DNA of 35,642 nucleotides from Chiloscyllium plagiosum (Eukaryota): the NCBI RefSeq assembly GCF_004010195.1, contig NC_057718.1, positions 21,753,464 to 21,789,105 of the forward strand. The letters are read 5' to 3'. This document shows positions 1 through 11,589 of this stretch, piece after piece. Every line of letters begins with the position of its first letter. Positions within the stretch are counted from its first letter, which is position 1. The notes beneath the pieces are model-generated. The model had not been told where the DNA came from and searched no databases. It saw only the letters and a list, made by a program, of their open reading frames with translations. Made by a program: the position numbers and the translations under genes.

Positions 1-179
1 CCCACCCTCCTCTGGCTTATCTCTCCACACTTCAGGCTCTCTGCCTTTATTCCTGATGAAGGGCTTTTGCCCGAAATGTCGATTTCGCTGCTCCTTGGAT
101 GCTGCCTGAACTGCTGTGCTCTTCCAGCACCACTAATCCAGAATCTGGTTTCCAGCATCTGCAGTCATTGTTTTTACCT
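1..179 (+). mobile_element. Penelope-like element terminal repeat (3' end) with hammerhead core
   Basis: CTGATGA-A-GGGC-TTTT-GCCC-GAAATGTC at 53-80, followed by GGATGCTGCCTGA...CCAGCATCTGCAG shared with the copies at 5.1-5.35 kb and 30.5-30.8 kb. Confidence 0.75.
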
Positions 180-201
180 TGTTAATCTTATGTACACTCA
201 C

Positions 202-381
202 CTTTATAATTGAAGTAGCCTTGATAAAATTTTCAGCATACAGACTATGCTCCTCCATTCCAGTTCCAATTGTCAGTATATTTGGATCAAATATTATATC
301 ATTTGGATTAAATTTCACTCTGTTCACAAGCAGCTCATAGGCTCTAGTACATATTTCCACTTTATCATTAGTTTCAGTTGC
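202..381 (-). CDS. MTR: MTR exon 16 ([60 protein letters not shown])
   Basis: ttag|GCA ... AAG|GTGAG, 180 nt. [14 protein letters not shown] motif. The gene continues beyond the window start. Confidence 0.97.
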
Positions 382-1499
382 CTAATGAAGGAACACAAAC
401 CATAGTTATGATTTCATTCTGTTTAATCTCTAACTGTTCTGCTGTCAACTGACATACATTAACTTGCAATAATTAATTTACAGGTCTATAATTTCTGAAC
501 ATGATCATATAGTATCTTTCAAGTTATAACTTTAGAGACTGTGATTTTTTTTATTTATAAAGGTATGATAGCTTCAGTGTCAAAATGCTAACTTGCATTT
601 TACACATTATATAGGTATTGTTCCAAATTACCAACGGCTGCCTCACATATGCAGTCACTTCCGTACAATGTTTTGGACCATTTCACATGGAGATTATAAA
701 AAGCAATTGAACCCCAAAAGAAATACTCTTGGATTTATGGCTGTAATACCACCAATGTTGAGCTACAGATAGCTTTATGTCTAATTGATGAGAGACATGC
801 TGAAGTAAAGCATTAATAGCACTAAATTTTCAGAGATGGTGCATTTGTATGTAGTTGAGGACAGAAACCAAATGGGCTGTAAACTCTGGATCTTCTGAAA
901 CACTGCACCCTGTAAAGCAACTCCCATACCTACCCATCCCAAATACTGATGGCACAACATTTCACAAGAGTGCAAAAATCTTCACTTAAAGTTGCAGTTG
1001 TATTCCTGAAAAATCATTACTTTAAATCACACTTTCCTATTAAAACCAATGTAAAATATGTAATGAGGATCTGTCGGACCTTCCTTATATAAAAAAGTAT
1101 TTTGTATTTAAAAGGTGAAATAATTTAAATTCATAAATGAAAGACATATTTTAACTTTATTAAGTTAAGAGCATAAATTTATATTTATAGTACTTCCTGA
1201 GCCAATCTTGTTTCTCTACATATCAAACTGCATATCATCACCAATACTCCCACCCTGGTCCTGGTCACTTCCCCTACCTGACTCTCCAACCTGCAGCCTA
1301 TCTCCATCCTCATCCCTCTGACTGTGAGCATGAACTCAGATTAGAGGCGAGAGTAGGAGGAGCAGATTTGACAGTCATTTTCTAAAAAAGATGAATTGCA
1401 TAAAGTCCAAGTGTATACTTTTACAAACTAGAAGCTCTGCCTTCTAATCAGATCTGAATCTTGAACGGCACACATACTGGCGAGAGAAAGACAAGAGGA

Positions 1500-1915
1500 T
1501 GAATCAGGGAGAGAGAGAGTAGTCAGGGAAATTGACCACACTTGGAGAGTCAGGGAGTAGGAGGGGTCACAAATTGGAGAGATAGGATGGGGAGTGGCCA
1601 CAAGTTGAAAGGTCAGATATGGGGCAGGGCTGAAGAGTTGAAGATCATGGATGAGAAATAGATGCAGGTTGTGGATATGTCACAGTTTGGGGGTTTATTC
1701 AAAGGAGAAGGGCAAGGAATGGAGAAAGGCTAAGTCAAAGGGTCAGCAACTGGGAGTGACTAAAGGGCCTCAAGTCAGAGGGTCAGGGACAGGAAGAAGC
1801 CACAAGTAGGTGGATCAGGCATGGGGAGAAACCTCAAGTTGCAGGGTCAGGAACAGGCAGAGATAAGATAGAGTTTTGGGCAGAGAGAGGAAGCCACCTA
1901 GAGGATTGCAGAGTG
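1500..1915 (+). repeat. Degenerate purine-rich minisatellite, unit about 30-32 bp (CCACAAGTTGGAGGGTCAGGGATGGGGAGRRG-like)
   Basis: Recurrent CACAAGT/CTCAAGT...GGTCAGG units with strong G/A strand bias. Confidence 0.6.
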
Positions 1916-3012
1916 GAAAAAGCTGCTTCAATATAACACCAATTGGGTTGCATGAGATTTGTTAGGCTGGCAGGAAACAATGTTGAAATGAATCTTGCAA
2001 CATTAAACAAGATTACAGACCCTATTACTTGACTACATTAAAAGGGGAAACAATGTTAAATGGGGCAGTGTTGAATGGGGACTTATGGTGCGCAGTTTGA
2101 TGTAGTAATGCATTTTGCCACTAGATGTCATCCTCCTCCTCAGCATAAACTTCATGGACAAAATTTATGCTGATGTCGGGTTTGCAATATCGAGGTTCCA
2201 AAATGTTCCACAATAGCCCTTGTGCCACCCTCCATCTGACTTCAATTACGTGGTGATAACCCTTAAGCAGCCAATTAATGGGCTCCCCTGCCTGACCTTA
2301 ATTTTGAGGCCAGTGGGTGAGGTCAGGGACATAGCTGGAGACCTGGCAGGTCATCCAGTTGAAGGATGGAAAGGCAGTGAGAGTATTCCTCTTAATTCCC
2401 TTTCCAGATAAGGGATCATTCCTCTCCCAACAAGGTCAGCGCTAGCTGGGTGCAACAGTCTAATATACATCAATCGTCACTCTCCTTGGCCTCTACTCCA
2501 ATCTCTTCTGCGAGATCTCAATGTTTACCATCAACCTGGCACCAGGACTTGGAATCATAGAATCAAATACAGATTTTCTGGCCAATCACACTGGCTGGCA
2601 GCTCTCTAAGGTGACACCACCTGCCTGTGCAAGGCAAGAATCTTGATTCCAGCCAGTTAATGCTCTATCACCTACAAACTTCTGCTCCATATTCCAAGAA
2701 CAAATGTTCCACCAACTTCAGCAGGCAGAATATAATTTCCCCTCTCTTTTATCTTACTTTAATTTCTTGAATCCTGAACTGAGATCCTGATAAATGGAAA
2801 TGATTATGAACAAATTTCTCTTGAAACCATAGTGTAAGTTGATAAATTACCATAAAATATTCATTAACTTCTTGACCTCAAATTTGAGAATAAAAGTAAA
2901 ACTACATGATAATAACTCAATGCAATTTAATAAGCTAAAGTTAAATTCAAGAATTGCTGGAAAATGCAAGGAAATTATAACTATATGTTGCTGTTTAATT
3001 CAACTCTCTTAC

Positions 3013-3198
3013 CTGTCCTTTCTCATCAAATGCCATTATTACGACAGCAGCCCCAAAGCGTTTAATAATGTGTGCCTTTTCCAGAAAGTCTTCCTCACCT
3101 TCCTTCAAACTGATGCTATTCACAACACACTTGCCCTGGCAACACTTCAAGCCCGCTTCAATCACAGCAAAATTAGAAGAATCAATGCACAATGGAAC
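3013..3198 (-). CDS. MTR: MTR exon 15 ([62 protein letters not shown])
   Basis: aaag|GTT ... CAG|GTAAG, 186 nt. [12 protein letters not shown] and MAFDE motifs. Confidence 0.97.
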
Positions 3199-3248
3199 CT
3201 TTGACAGAAAAAATATATACTTACTGTTAGCCCAATTTGTTTAACAGA

Positions 3249-4060
3249 CATAGAAGCATAGAATGGTTACAGCACAGGAGGCGGCCATTCACCTTACTGT
3301 GTTCATACTGGCTTCCAACAAGTGCAACTCACCTAGTCCCACAGAACTGACTTTTCTCTGTTGCTCCATAGCTCTGCTATTTGTTTCTCTTTAGATAATT
3401 ACTCAAATCACTTTTGAAAGTCACAAGAGAATCTGTCTGCGCATGTTCTCAGGCAGTACATTCTAGATCCTAACCGCTTGCCACAGCATGAACAAGATTA
3501 TTCTCATGTCATCATTGTTTGTTTTACCAGTTGCTTTAAATCGGTGTCCTAATGGTTTTCAATCCTTCAACCAATGGGAACAGTTTTGCCTTATCTTCTC
3601 TGTTCAGACCTGTCTTAAGTTTGAATATGTCTATCAAAATTTCTCAGTTTTCCCTTGTCCAAGTTCTCCAGCCTCTCCCATCTGTTGTAATTGGAATTCC
3701 TTATCCCAGGAATCACTCAAATCTGTTCACTGTCTCTAATGCCTTCACATCCATCCAAAGTGCGGTGTTCCAGAACAGGACGCAATACTCTACATGAGCC
3801 TGAATCAATGTTTAATACAGTCTTATCATAACTACTTTGTTTTTGAACTCTAATCCACTTATTAATTAAGCCAAGGATGCTCTATGCTTTATGAACATCT
3901 TTCTCAGCTGGTCCTTCCACTTTCAATTATTTGTGCATCTATACTCCAGATATCTCTGCTTTTGAATTGTATCCTTTATTTTGTGTTGCCTATCCTTCCT
4001 CCTCCTACCAAAATGAATCACTTCATACTTCCCTGCATTAAATTTCATCTGCCGAATGTC
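3249..4060 (-). mobile_element. Old CR1 3' fragment
   Basis: CATAGAAGCATAGAA tail, then ACAGCACAGGAGGCGGCCATTC and CCAGAACAGGACGCAATACTC (reverse of EYCVLFW). Confidence 0.7.
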
Positions 4061-4229
4061 TATCGATCAGTTCAGAGATGCTATTACACACCTCTGGACC
4101 AGGTGGGACTTGAATTCGGCATTCTGACTCAGACTAACACAGCACCACAAGAGTCCTCATCATTTTAAGTTTTAACAATAGTAAGATTACGCTTACGGAA
4201 ACAACAGGGACAATTAACATTTATTAATG

Positions 4230-4411
4230 TTGAGAGAGCATGGAATGCGTTGCCAGCAGCAGTTGTGGAAGCAAGGTCATTGGGGACATTTAAGAGACTG
4301 CTGGACATGCATATGGTCACAGAAATTTGAGGGTGCACACATGAGGATCAATGGTCGGCACAACATTGTGGGCTGAAGGGCCTGTTCTGTGCTTTACTGT
4401 TCTATGTTCTA
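4230..4411 (+). mobile_element. CR1 3'-end fragment
   Basis: TGGAATGCGTTGCCAGCAGCAGTTGTGGAAGC..ACATTTAAGAGA..GGGCTGAAGGGCCTGTTCTGTGC, with terminal TTCTATGTTCTA. Confidence 0.8.
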
Positions 4412-4511
4412 ACAGTTCAAATACAGATTCTGGTCAAACATCTGTCTTTCTTTCATTATTTTACTGCTTATTTCTAGAGCAATAATTGCTTTTGGGGGAT
4501 TTTGTACAAAC

Positions 4512-4652
4512 CTTGGCAATATCTGGTTCTGTTGCTACAAGGTTACAGAATCTGGTCATAGCACTCTTGCCATCTAACATTCCATCATCCATGTTGATAT
4601 CCAGGATTTGGGCTCCCATTTTTACTTGTGATTTTGCTACATTCAAGGCTTC
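4512..4652 (-). CDS. MTR: MTR exon 14 ([47 protein letters not shown])
   Basis: gtag|GAA ... AAG|GTTTGT, 141 nt. [10 protein letters not shown] motif. Confidence 0.97.
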
Positions 4653-5079
4653 CTACAAATTAGGATTAAAAGACAGTTAAACAACTACCACTTAGTCTTT
4701 AATGTTATACAGAAAATAACATGTCAACCCACATTTTCTTTCGAAATACCACAAATTTCACTACATTGTTTTTAAAATAAAATATTTTCCTTTGAATAAG
4801 ATTTGTAATTTAAATCATTGCAGTTATAAAAATAGTATTCTTCAGATGCAGTTACAATGCAATATTTGCTCGATGTTAAGAGTACAAGGTTACGAAAGCA
4901 GTAGTTTAATTCCAAATCAGATCCAGTGCGAGCACGAAAGCTAGGTAGTGCAAGATGTATCCCAGGGTTTGTCCACTGGATGACCAAATTTATACAGGTA
5001 CAATAAGATCTTCCTCCTACACCACCTAGGATGTGTAGGTATAACAGTAATCCATGTATCAGACAAAAGTGAGATTTAC

Positions 5080-5355
5080 GAGGAGAAAGTGAGGTCTGCA
5101 GATGCTGGAGATCAAAGTTAAAACTTTATTGCTGGAACAGCACAGCAGGTCAGGCAGCATCCAGGGAACAGGAGATTCGATACCTATCACATTTCCACCG
5201 CCCCTCCTCCAAGTCCCTCCTCCCTACCTTTTATCTTCTCCTGCTGAACACTCTCTGCTCATTCCTGAAGAAGGGCCTGTGCCCGAAACGTCGAATCTCC
5301 TGTTCCCTGGATGCTGCCTGACCTGCTGTGCTGTTCCAGCAATAAAGTTTCAACT
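5080..5355. mobile_element. Penelope-like mini-insertion with inverted termini and 16-bp TSD
   Basis: CAAAAGTGAGATTTAC at 5064-5079 and 5356-5371. 5116-5180 is the reverse complement of 5291-5355 with 1 mismatch. Confidence 0.85.
5261..5296 (+). ncRNA. Minimal type I hammerhead ribozyme motif
   Basis: ATTC-CTGAAGA-A-GGGC-CTGT-GCCC-GAAACGTC-GAAT: stem I ATTC/GAAT, intact core, 4-bp stem II, palindromic ACGT in place of stem III, GUC cleavage triplet. Confidence 0.7.
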
Positions 5356-5466
5356 CAAAAGTGAGATTTACACTAATTCCTCCTTCCCTTTTGCATTACA
5401 ATGTTGATGTTCAACCACCTGATTTCTCGCAGTTTGAGGCGCTATGGATTTATAAAAACTGAATTA

Positions 5467-5709
<243 letters not shown>

Positions 5710-6726
5710 TTAATGCAATAACTGTCATGGTTACTGTTGTGCACCACAATACGAATCAAATGCACCTTGAAATTCAATGCATTTACTTCTAACTACTAAC
5801 ATTGAAGCAATACACATTCCATCGACTCATTTGGGAGCCTTACGTAAAGCATCTAGCGTGCTCTTGTGGTGCAATCTGGACTAGAAAGGCTCAGGTTCAG
5901 TCCCACTTGCTCCATACGTGTGTAATAACATCTGAACACATTAATTAAAAAAAATAAATTAAAGCGACCTGGCTGCTCCGGTGGTAAGTTTTCTTTTTAT
6001 TTACTTGTGAAACGTAGGCATTGCTGGCTAGCCAGCATTTATTGCCTGTCTCCAGTTGGCCCTTGACAAGGTGGTGATGAGTGGCTTCTTAAACTGCTGG
6101 AGTCCACCTGGTATAGTTTGACCTACAATGCCCTTAGCGGGGGAATTCCAGGATTTTGATCCAGCGACAATGAAGGAAAGTTGAAATATTTCCAAGTCAG
6201 AATGGTGAGTAGCTTTGATGTGAACTTGCAGATGGTGATGTTGCCACGTGTCTGCTGTCCTTGTCCTTCTAGATGGAAGTGGTTGTGGATTTGGAAGGTG
6301 CTGTCTAAGGATCTTTGCTAAATTTCTTCAGCGCATCATGTAGATAGTACACACTGCTGTGACTGAGCATCAGTGGTGGAAGGAGTAGATACTTGTGGAA
6401 GTGTAGTTAATCAAGCAGGCTGCTTTGTCTTGATGGTGTGAAGCTTGAGTGTTGTTTGAGTTGCATCAATCTAGGTAAGTGGGGAGTATTTCACCATACG
6501 CCTGAGTTGTGCTTTGTAGATGATGAACAGGCTCTTGGGAGTCAGGTGGTGAGTTACTTACCACAGTATTCCTTGCCTCTGACCTGCTCTTGCAGCCACT
6601 GCTTTTGTATGGCAAGTCCAGTTGAATTTCTGGTCAATGGTAACCCCAAGGATGTTGATAGTGGGGATTAATTGATGGCAACACATTGAATGTTAAGGGG
6701 CAGTGATTTGATTGTCTTTTTTTGGA

Positions 6727-7358
6727 TGTTATGGACCAAACCAAACCCCTTCAAAATATAGCAAGGAGATAGCCTGGACCATAACTTTTATCTTATTTTT
6801 CAGACAAGCATAAGGCACTGCATCCCAGATGTGATTCAATTAGTCACACCATTAGACTTTAAGCAAAGCACACTTTATTCTTACTCTACAGCTATAATAT
6901 AATGAAAAAAGAATTGGTATAACCTTAACTCTATTGGAAAACTTAACAGAATAATAGATTATTTAACTATGAAACAGCAATTGTTGCAATACAGTAACTT
7001 CCCATAAACACACCGTTGGCATAGGCAAATTCAGTAAAAGAGATTGTCTTGCATGCGGTGGTTCTGCAGTCCAGGAGGAAAAGAACATCAAGAGAAAATT
7101 CTGACAGAGTGGTGTATGGCAGTTTCCACAACTAAACGGCAAACACTGACAACTAAAGTTAAACTTTAAAAACCCTGCTTCTGTGGGAGCCTGATTCCAC
7201 CCATTCTTGCTGCTTCTGTTATGCTAAAAGAGAAATGGCCTCATAAAAGCTTTAATTTATTGGCTTAGGAGAGACTATTTATCACCTCTGGCTCAATGCC
7301 TCTCTTCGAAAACAAAAATAGTTCAAAATACATCTCTTAAATCCATAGTATCGTCAGA
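6727..7358. mobile_element. Probable solo LTR with 4-bp TSD
   Basis: TGGA at 6723-6726 and 7359-7362. Starts TGTTATG and ends CGTCAGA (decayed TGT..ACA). Removing it restores the host LINE sequence TTTTTGGA-CATGGTCATTGCC. Confidence 0.7.
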
Positions 7359-7597
7359 TGGACATGGTCATTGCCTAGCATTTTTAAGGCGCAAATGTTA
7401 CTTGCCACTTGCCCAGTCCAAAACTGGAAATTTCCCAGATCTTGTTGCATTTAAACAAGGACAATGTTAGTATCGGAGGAGTCACAAATGGTGCTGAACA
7501 TTGAACAATCGTCAGCAAACATTCCCACTTCTGACCTTATGTTGGAAGAAAAGTCATTGATGAAGCAGCTGAAGATGATTGGATCTAGGACACTACT

Positions 7598-9005
7598 GAG
7601 TCACACTGCATGGAACCAGACTCTTCTGTCGAAGATGTTCAAGGTGACCAAATTTCCCAAATTAAACTAGTCCCACTTGCCTGCATTTAGCCATATCCCT
7701 CCGAACCTTTCCTATTCATGTACCTGCCCAAATGTCTTTTAAATGTTGTACCTGTACCTGCATCTACCCCTTCCTCTGGCAGTTCGTTCCACATGTGAAC
7801 CACTCTCTGAAAAATTTGCCCCTCAGGTCCCTTTTATATCTTTCTCCTCTCACCTTAGAATATGCCCCCTAGCTTTGAACTCCCCTACCCTAAGGAAGAA
7901 ATCTTCACCATATCTATGCCCCCTCAGGATTTTATAAACCTGTGTAAGGTCACCATTCAACCCCCTACGCTCCAGTGAAAGAAGTCCCAGCCTAACCAGC
8001 CTCTCCCTGGAACTCAAACCCTCCCATTCTGGTAACATCCTTGTAGATCTTTTCTGCACCCTCTCGAATTTGATAATATCCTTCCAATAGTAGGGTGACC
8101 AGAACCGTACACAGTAATCCAAAAGTGGCCTCACCAACATCCCAAACAACCACAACATGACATCCCAACACCTTTACTCAATGGTCTGAGCAATGAAGGT
8201 AAACGTATTCTTTAACACCCTGTCTATGTGTGACACAACTTTCAAAGAACTATGTACTTGAACCGCTGAGCCTGTTTGACAACACTCCAAGGCCCTCCCA
8301 TTAACTGTGTAAGTAATGCTCTTGTTTGTCTTAAAAAAAAGTAACACCTCACATTTATCTAACTTAAACTCCAACTGCCACTCTGTGGCCCATTGATCAA
8401 GATCTCTTTGTAATCTTAGACAACCTTCTTCACTGTCCACTGTACCACTGACTTTGGTGTCATTGCAAACTTACTAACCATGCTTCTTAAATTCTCATCC
8501 AAATCATCTATATAAATGAAAAACAACAGTGGACTCAGCATTGTTCCATGCTGGTGACAGCTTCCAGTCCAAAACATAACCTTCCTCCACCACCACCCTC
8601 TGTTTCCTACTATCAAGCAAATTTTGTATCCAATTTGCAAACTCTCCCTGAATCCCACATGATCTAACTTTACTAACCAGTACTATGAGAAACCTTGTCT
8701 AATGCTTTACTAAAGTCCATGCAGACAATGTTGACCACTCTGCCCTCATCCATCTTCTTGGTCACATCTTCAATAAAAAACTCAACCAATTTTGTGAGAC
8801 ACAATCTCCCGTGCACAGAGCTATGCTGACTATCCATAATCAGTCCTTGTCTCTTCAAATGCAAGCAAACCCTATCTCTCAGAATCCCCTCCAACAACTT
8901 ACTCACCATTGATGTTAGACTCACTAGACTACAGTTTCCAGGCTTATCCTTGCAGCCTTTCTTAAATAAAGCCACAACATTATCAACCCTCCTTTGGCAC
9001 CTCAC
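7598..9005 (-). mobile_element. CR1-type LINE 3' segment (degenerate ORF2)
   Basis: ORF fragments SLVSLTSMVSKLLEGILRDR, DFSKALDKVSH, LQRDLDQW..KCEVL and VRPLLDYCVRFWSPYY..ERVQKRSTRML. Homologous to 17644-19047. Confidence 0.9.
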
Positions 9006-9418
9006 GCATGGCCTTAGATGATACAAATCCTTGAAGAGTATATGGGGAGTAGGGACATTCTTAAGAGGGAAATCAGGAGGGCAAAACAGGTTTGAGATAG
9101 CCTGGCAAAAAATATTAAAGATAATCCAAAGAGATTCTACAAATGTATTAAGAACAAAAGAGCAACCAGGGAGAGAATAGGCCCCGTTAAAGATCAATGA
9201 GCTAGTCTATGTGTGGAACCACAGAGATGTGAGAGATACTACTTGAATACTTTGCATCAGTATTTACTATGGAGAAAGATATGGAGGCTACGGAACCCCA
9301 GGAAATAAATATTAATGTCTTGAAAACAGTCCACATTACAGAAGAGGAAGTGGAGGTCTTAAAAAGCAGAAAGATGTATGAATCTCCAAGACCTGCTCAG
9401 GTGTATCCCAGGACGTTG
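9006..9418 (+). mobile_element. Inverted 5' segment of the same CR1 insertion
   Basis: The plus strand aligns to about 17210-17575 (ATGTGTGGAACCACAG, CATTACAGAAGAGGA), the part of the element just upstream of where the minus segment begins. Confidence 0.85.
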
Positions 9419-10571
9419 AGTGTGTGCCAGGTATGACTCCAACCAATGGAGAGTATGCCCCCTGATACCCACTAATTCCAGCTTTGCTAGGGCATCTTGA
9501 TGCGATACTCAGTTGAATGCAGCCTTGATATCACAGTCACCTCACCTCTGGAATTCAGTTCTTTTGCCCATGTTTGAACCAAAGCTGTAATGAGGTCAGG
9601 AGCTGAATGGCCCTGGCAGAATCCAAGCTGGGTGTCACTGAGCAGGTTATTACTGGGCATGTGCTGTTTGATAGCACTGGTGATGACACTTTCCTTCACT
9701 TTACTGATAATCGATAATAGACTGATGGGACAGTAATTGGTCGTGTAAGATTGATCCTTTTTCCTTCGAGTACAGGATATACCTGGACAATTTTCCACAT
9801 TGTCAGTGTCAGTGTTGTAACAGTACTGGAACAGCTTAGTTAGGGGAACGGCAAGCTCTGGAGCAATAGCCTTTAGGACTATTGCCAGAATGTTGTCAGG
9901 ACCTGTAGCCTTTATAATGTCCAGTGCCTCCAGCCATTTCTTGATATCACATGGAGTAAATTGAATTGACTGAAGACTGGTATCTGTAATGCTGAGACCA
10001 CTGGAGGAGGCCGAAATGGATTATTCACTTGGCACTTCTTACTAAAGATTGAAGTGTCTCGAACTCAGAGTCAGGAGGCCCAGGTTCAAGTTCTACTTGC
10101 TCCAGAGGTGTGTAATCATGTGTTTGAACATGTTGATTAGAGAATAAAGCAGACCCAGAGATGAGTCTGCAGAATTGTCTGTCCCAGATTGGGACTAGCG
10201 TAGGTACACAATTAGTGGCTCTATTTTAATGTTCAACAATAAACAATGCTCCTTTCCAATTGGATTTCTACGTTATTACACCCCATTTACACAGACTCCA
10301 CCTCCAATCCTCTCTGGGACAGAAAAATTCAAACCATCCGTTGAGCAGTTTTGATGATGTCATTAACTAATAAGTGATTAGTGCTGGTACCTTAAGGCAA
10401 GCTTTTCTTCAAAGCTGAAACAGAATAAAAACTTTTGGTTTTTGTAATTGGTCTAATTCTTCAATCAGCCAAAGTCCGGGGTTTCCTGCCTCTCCAAATG
10501 TAGTGTAATTGAATGAGACACAGATTGGTTAGTATTTATATATAAGCATACTAACCTGTTCATCTATTTAC

Positions 10572-10651
10572 CTGACAGTAACAGGAAGTCTCCAAAAACA
10601 GATGGAGGAGGAATTCTAGGTCTACATTTTTGGACTGCTTCTGCTATTGCC
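10572..10651 (-). CDS. MTR: MTR exon 12 (AIAEAVQKCRPRIPPPSVFGDFLLLS+G)
   Basis: tttag|G ... G|GTAAAT, 80 nt. Interdomain linker, frame-consistent. Confidence 0.94.
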
Positions 10652-11589
10652 CTAAAATAAGATGCATAATATTAATCAAATAAGAATAATACATAATTAT
10701 GTAGCATTTACAACAAAGAAATGAGTATTTTGGCTGGTATTTAAACTCCATGCAAGGATCATTCCACCACCCCCTCCAATCTTTTTTAAATCAAATCCCA
10801 TTAAGATATCTTCATATTTCTTCCTCTATTTGGCTTCCCTTTAAATAGATGTATGACTTTCTCCTCAATATTCTAGTTATTCCTTGGGTAAAGAAATTTA
10901 TTCTGAATTTCTTATTGGATTTTTTTTTTAAAGTGATGATCTTACATTTATGACCTCGAGCTCTGGTTTCCCCTGCAGGACAAAATACTTACCCCACATG
11001 TATCTTATCAAACCCTTGCAGAATCTTAAATATTTTTATCAGGTTACTTCTATAATTTTTCTTGAGAAGAGATCCCAAAGCTGATTAGATATATCTTTTT
11101 GGCACCTGCTCCAATGACTCTATTTTCTTTTCAAAGATCAGAACTGCTCCTAGTACTCAGTCTAGTCTAACCAAAGTTTCAAACAAATTTGTCATAATCT
11201 CTCTCTTGTTTCAGTACACTCCAAAACATGAAATGTAGTGTTTTGCTAGTTACTTTTATAGCCTCATCACACAGTGTTACTACGTGTAGCAACTTTTACA
11301 ACTATATCTCCAAAACCTTCTGCTCCTCTATTTAATATAGATAGGTTTTTCAAAGTATATGGCCTCCTCACTCTCCCCCAAAATGTACCAGGAGTTGCCA
11401 TTCTTCCATTTGTGGCAGAAATGCATTCACAGAACTTTGAGGTCAGATAGGATCACCTGCGGCATTCTTTTTATTGGCTGAACAAGCTGATTCTGGAAAG
11501 GCTAAGTCTATGTCAAGTGTCATATGTGAAGTTATTCCTTTGTCTGAATAATCTCTGCTAATGGCTTGTTTGCAGGGTTGGAGTCAGCT

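Larger units (their letters stand above)
5995..10050 (-). mobile_element. Older LINE (CR1/L2-group), split into 5995-6726, 7359-7597 and 9420-10050 by nested insertions
   Basis: Colinear with the copy at 27525-29140. RT peptide NYCPISLLSIISKVKE..QLGFCQGHSAPDLITALVQTW at 9487-9798. Confidence 0.82.

Noticed and set aside
2155..2742. MITE with terminal inverted repeats (similar impression at about 20340-21065)
   Set aside because: End similarity is too weak to define TIRs or a TSD by eye.
2839..3204. 121-aa plus-strand ORF
   Set aside because: Antisense shadow of MTR exon 15 plus AT-rich intron.
8673..9197. 174-aa ORF, the longest in the track, as a functional RT gene
   Set aside because: Chimeric read-through across the CR1 inversion junction. 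The N-terminal part is antisense LINE and the rest is a frameshifted ORF2 fragment.
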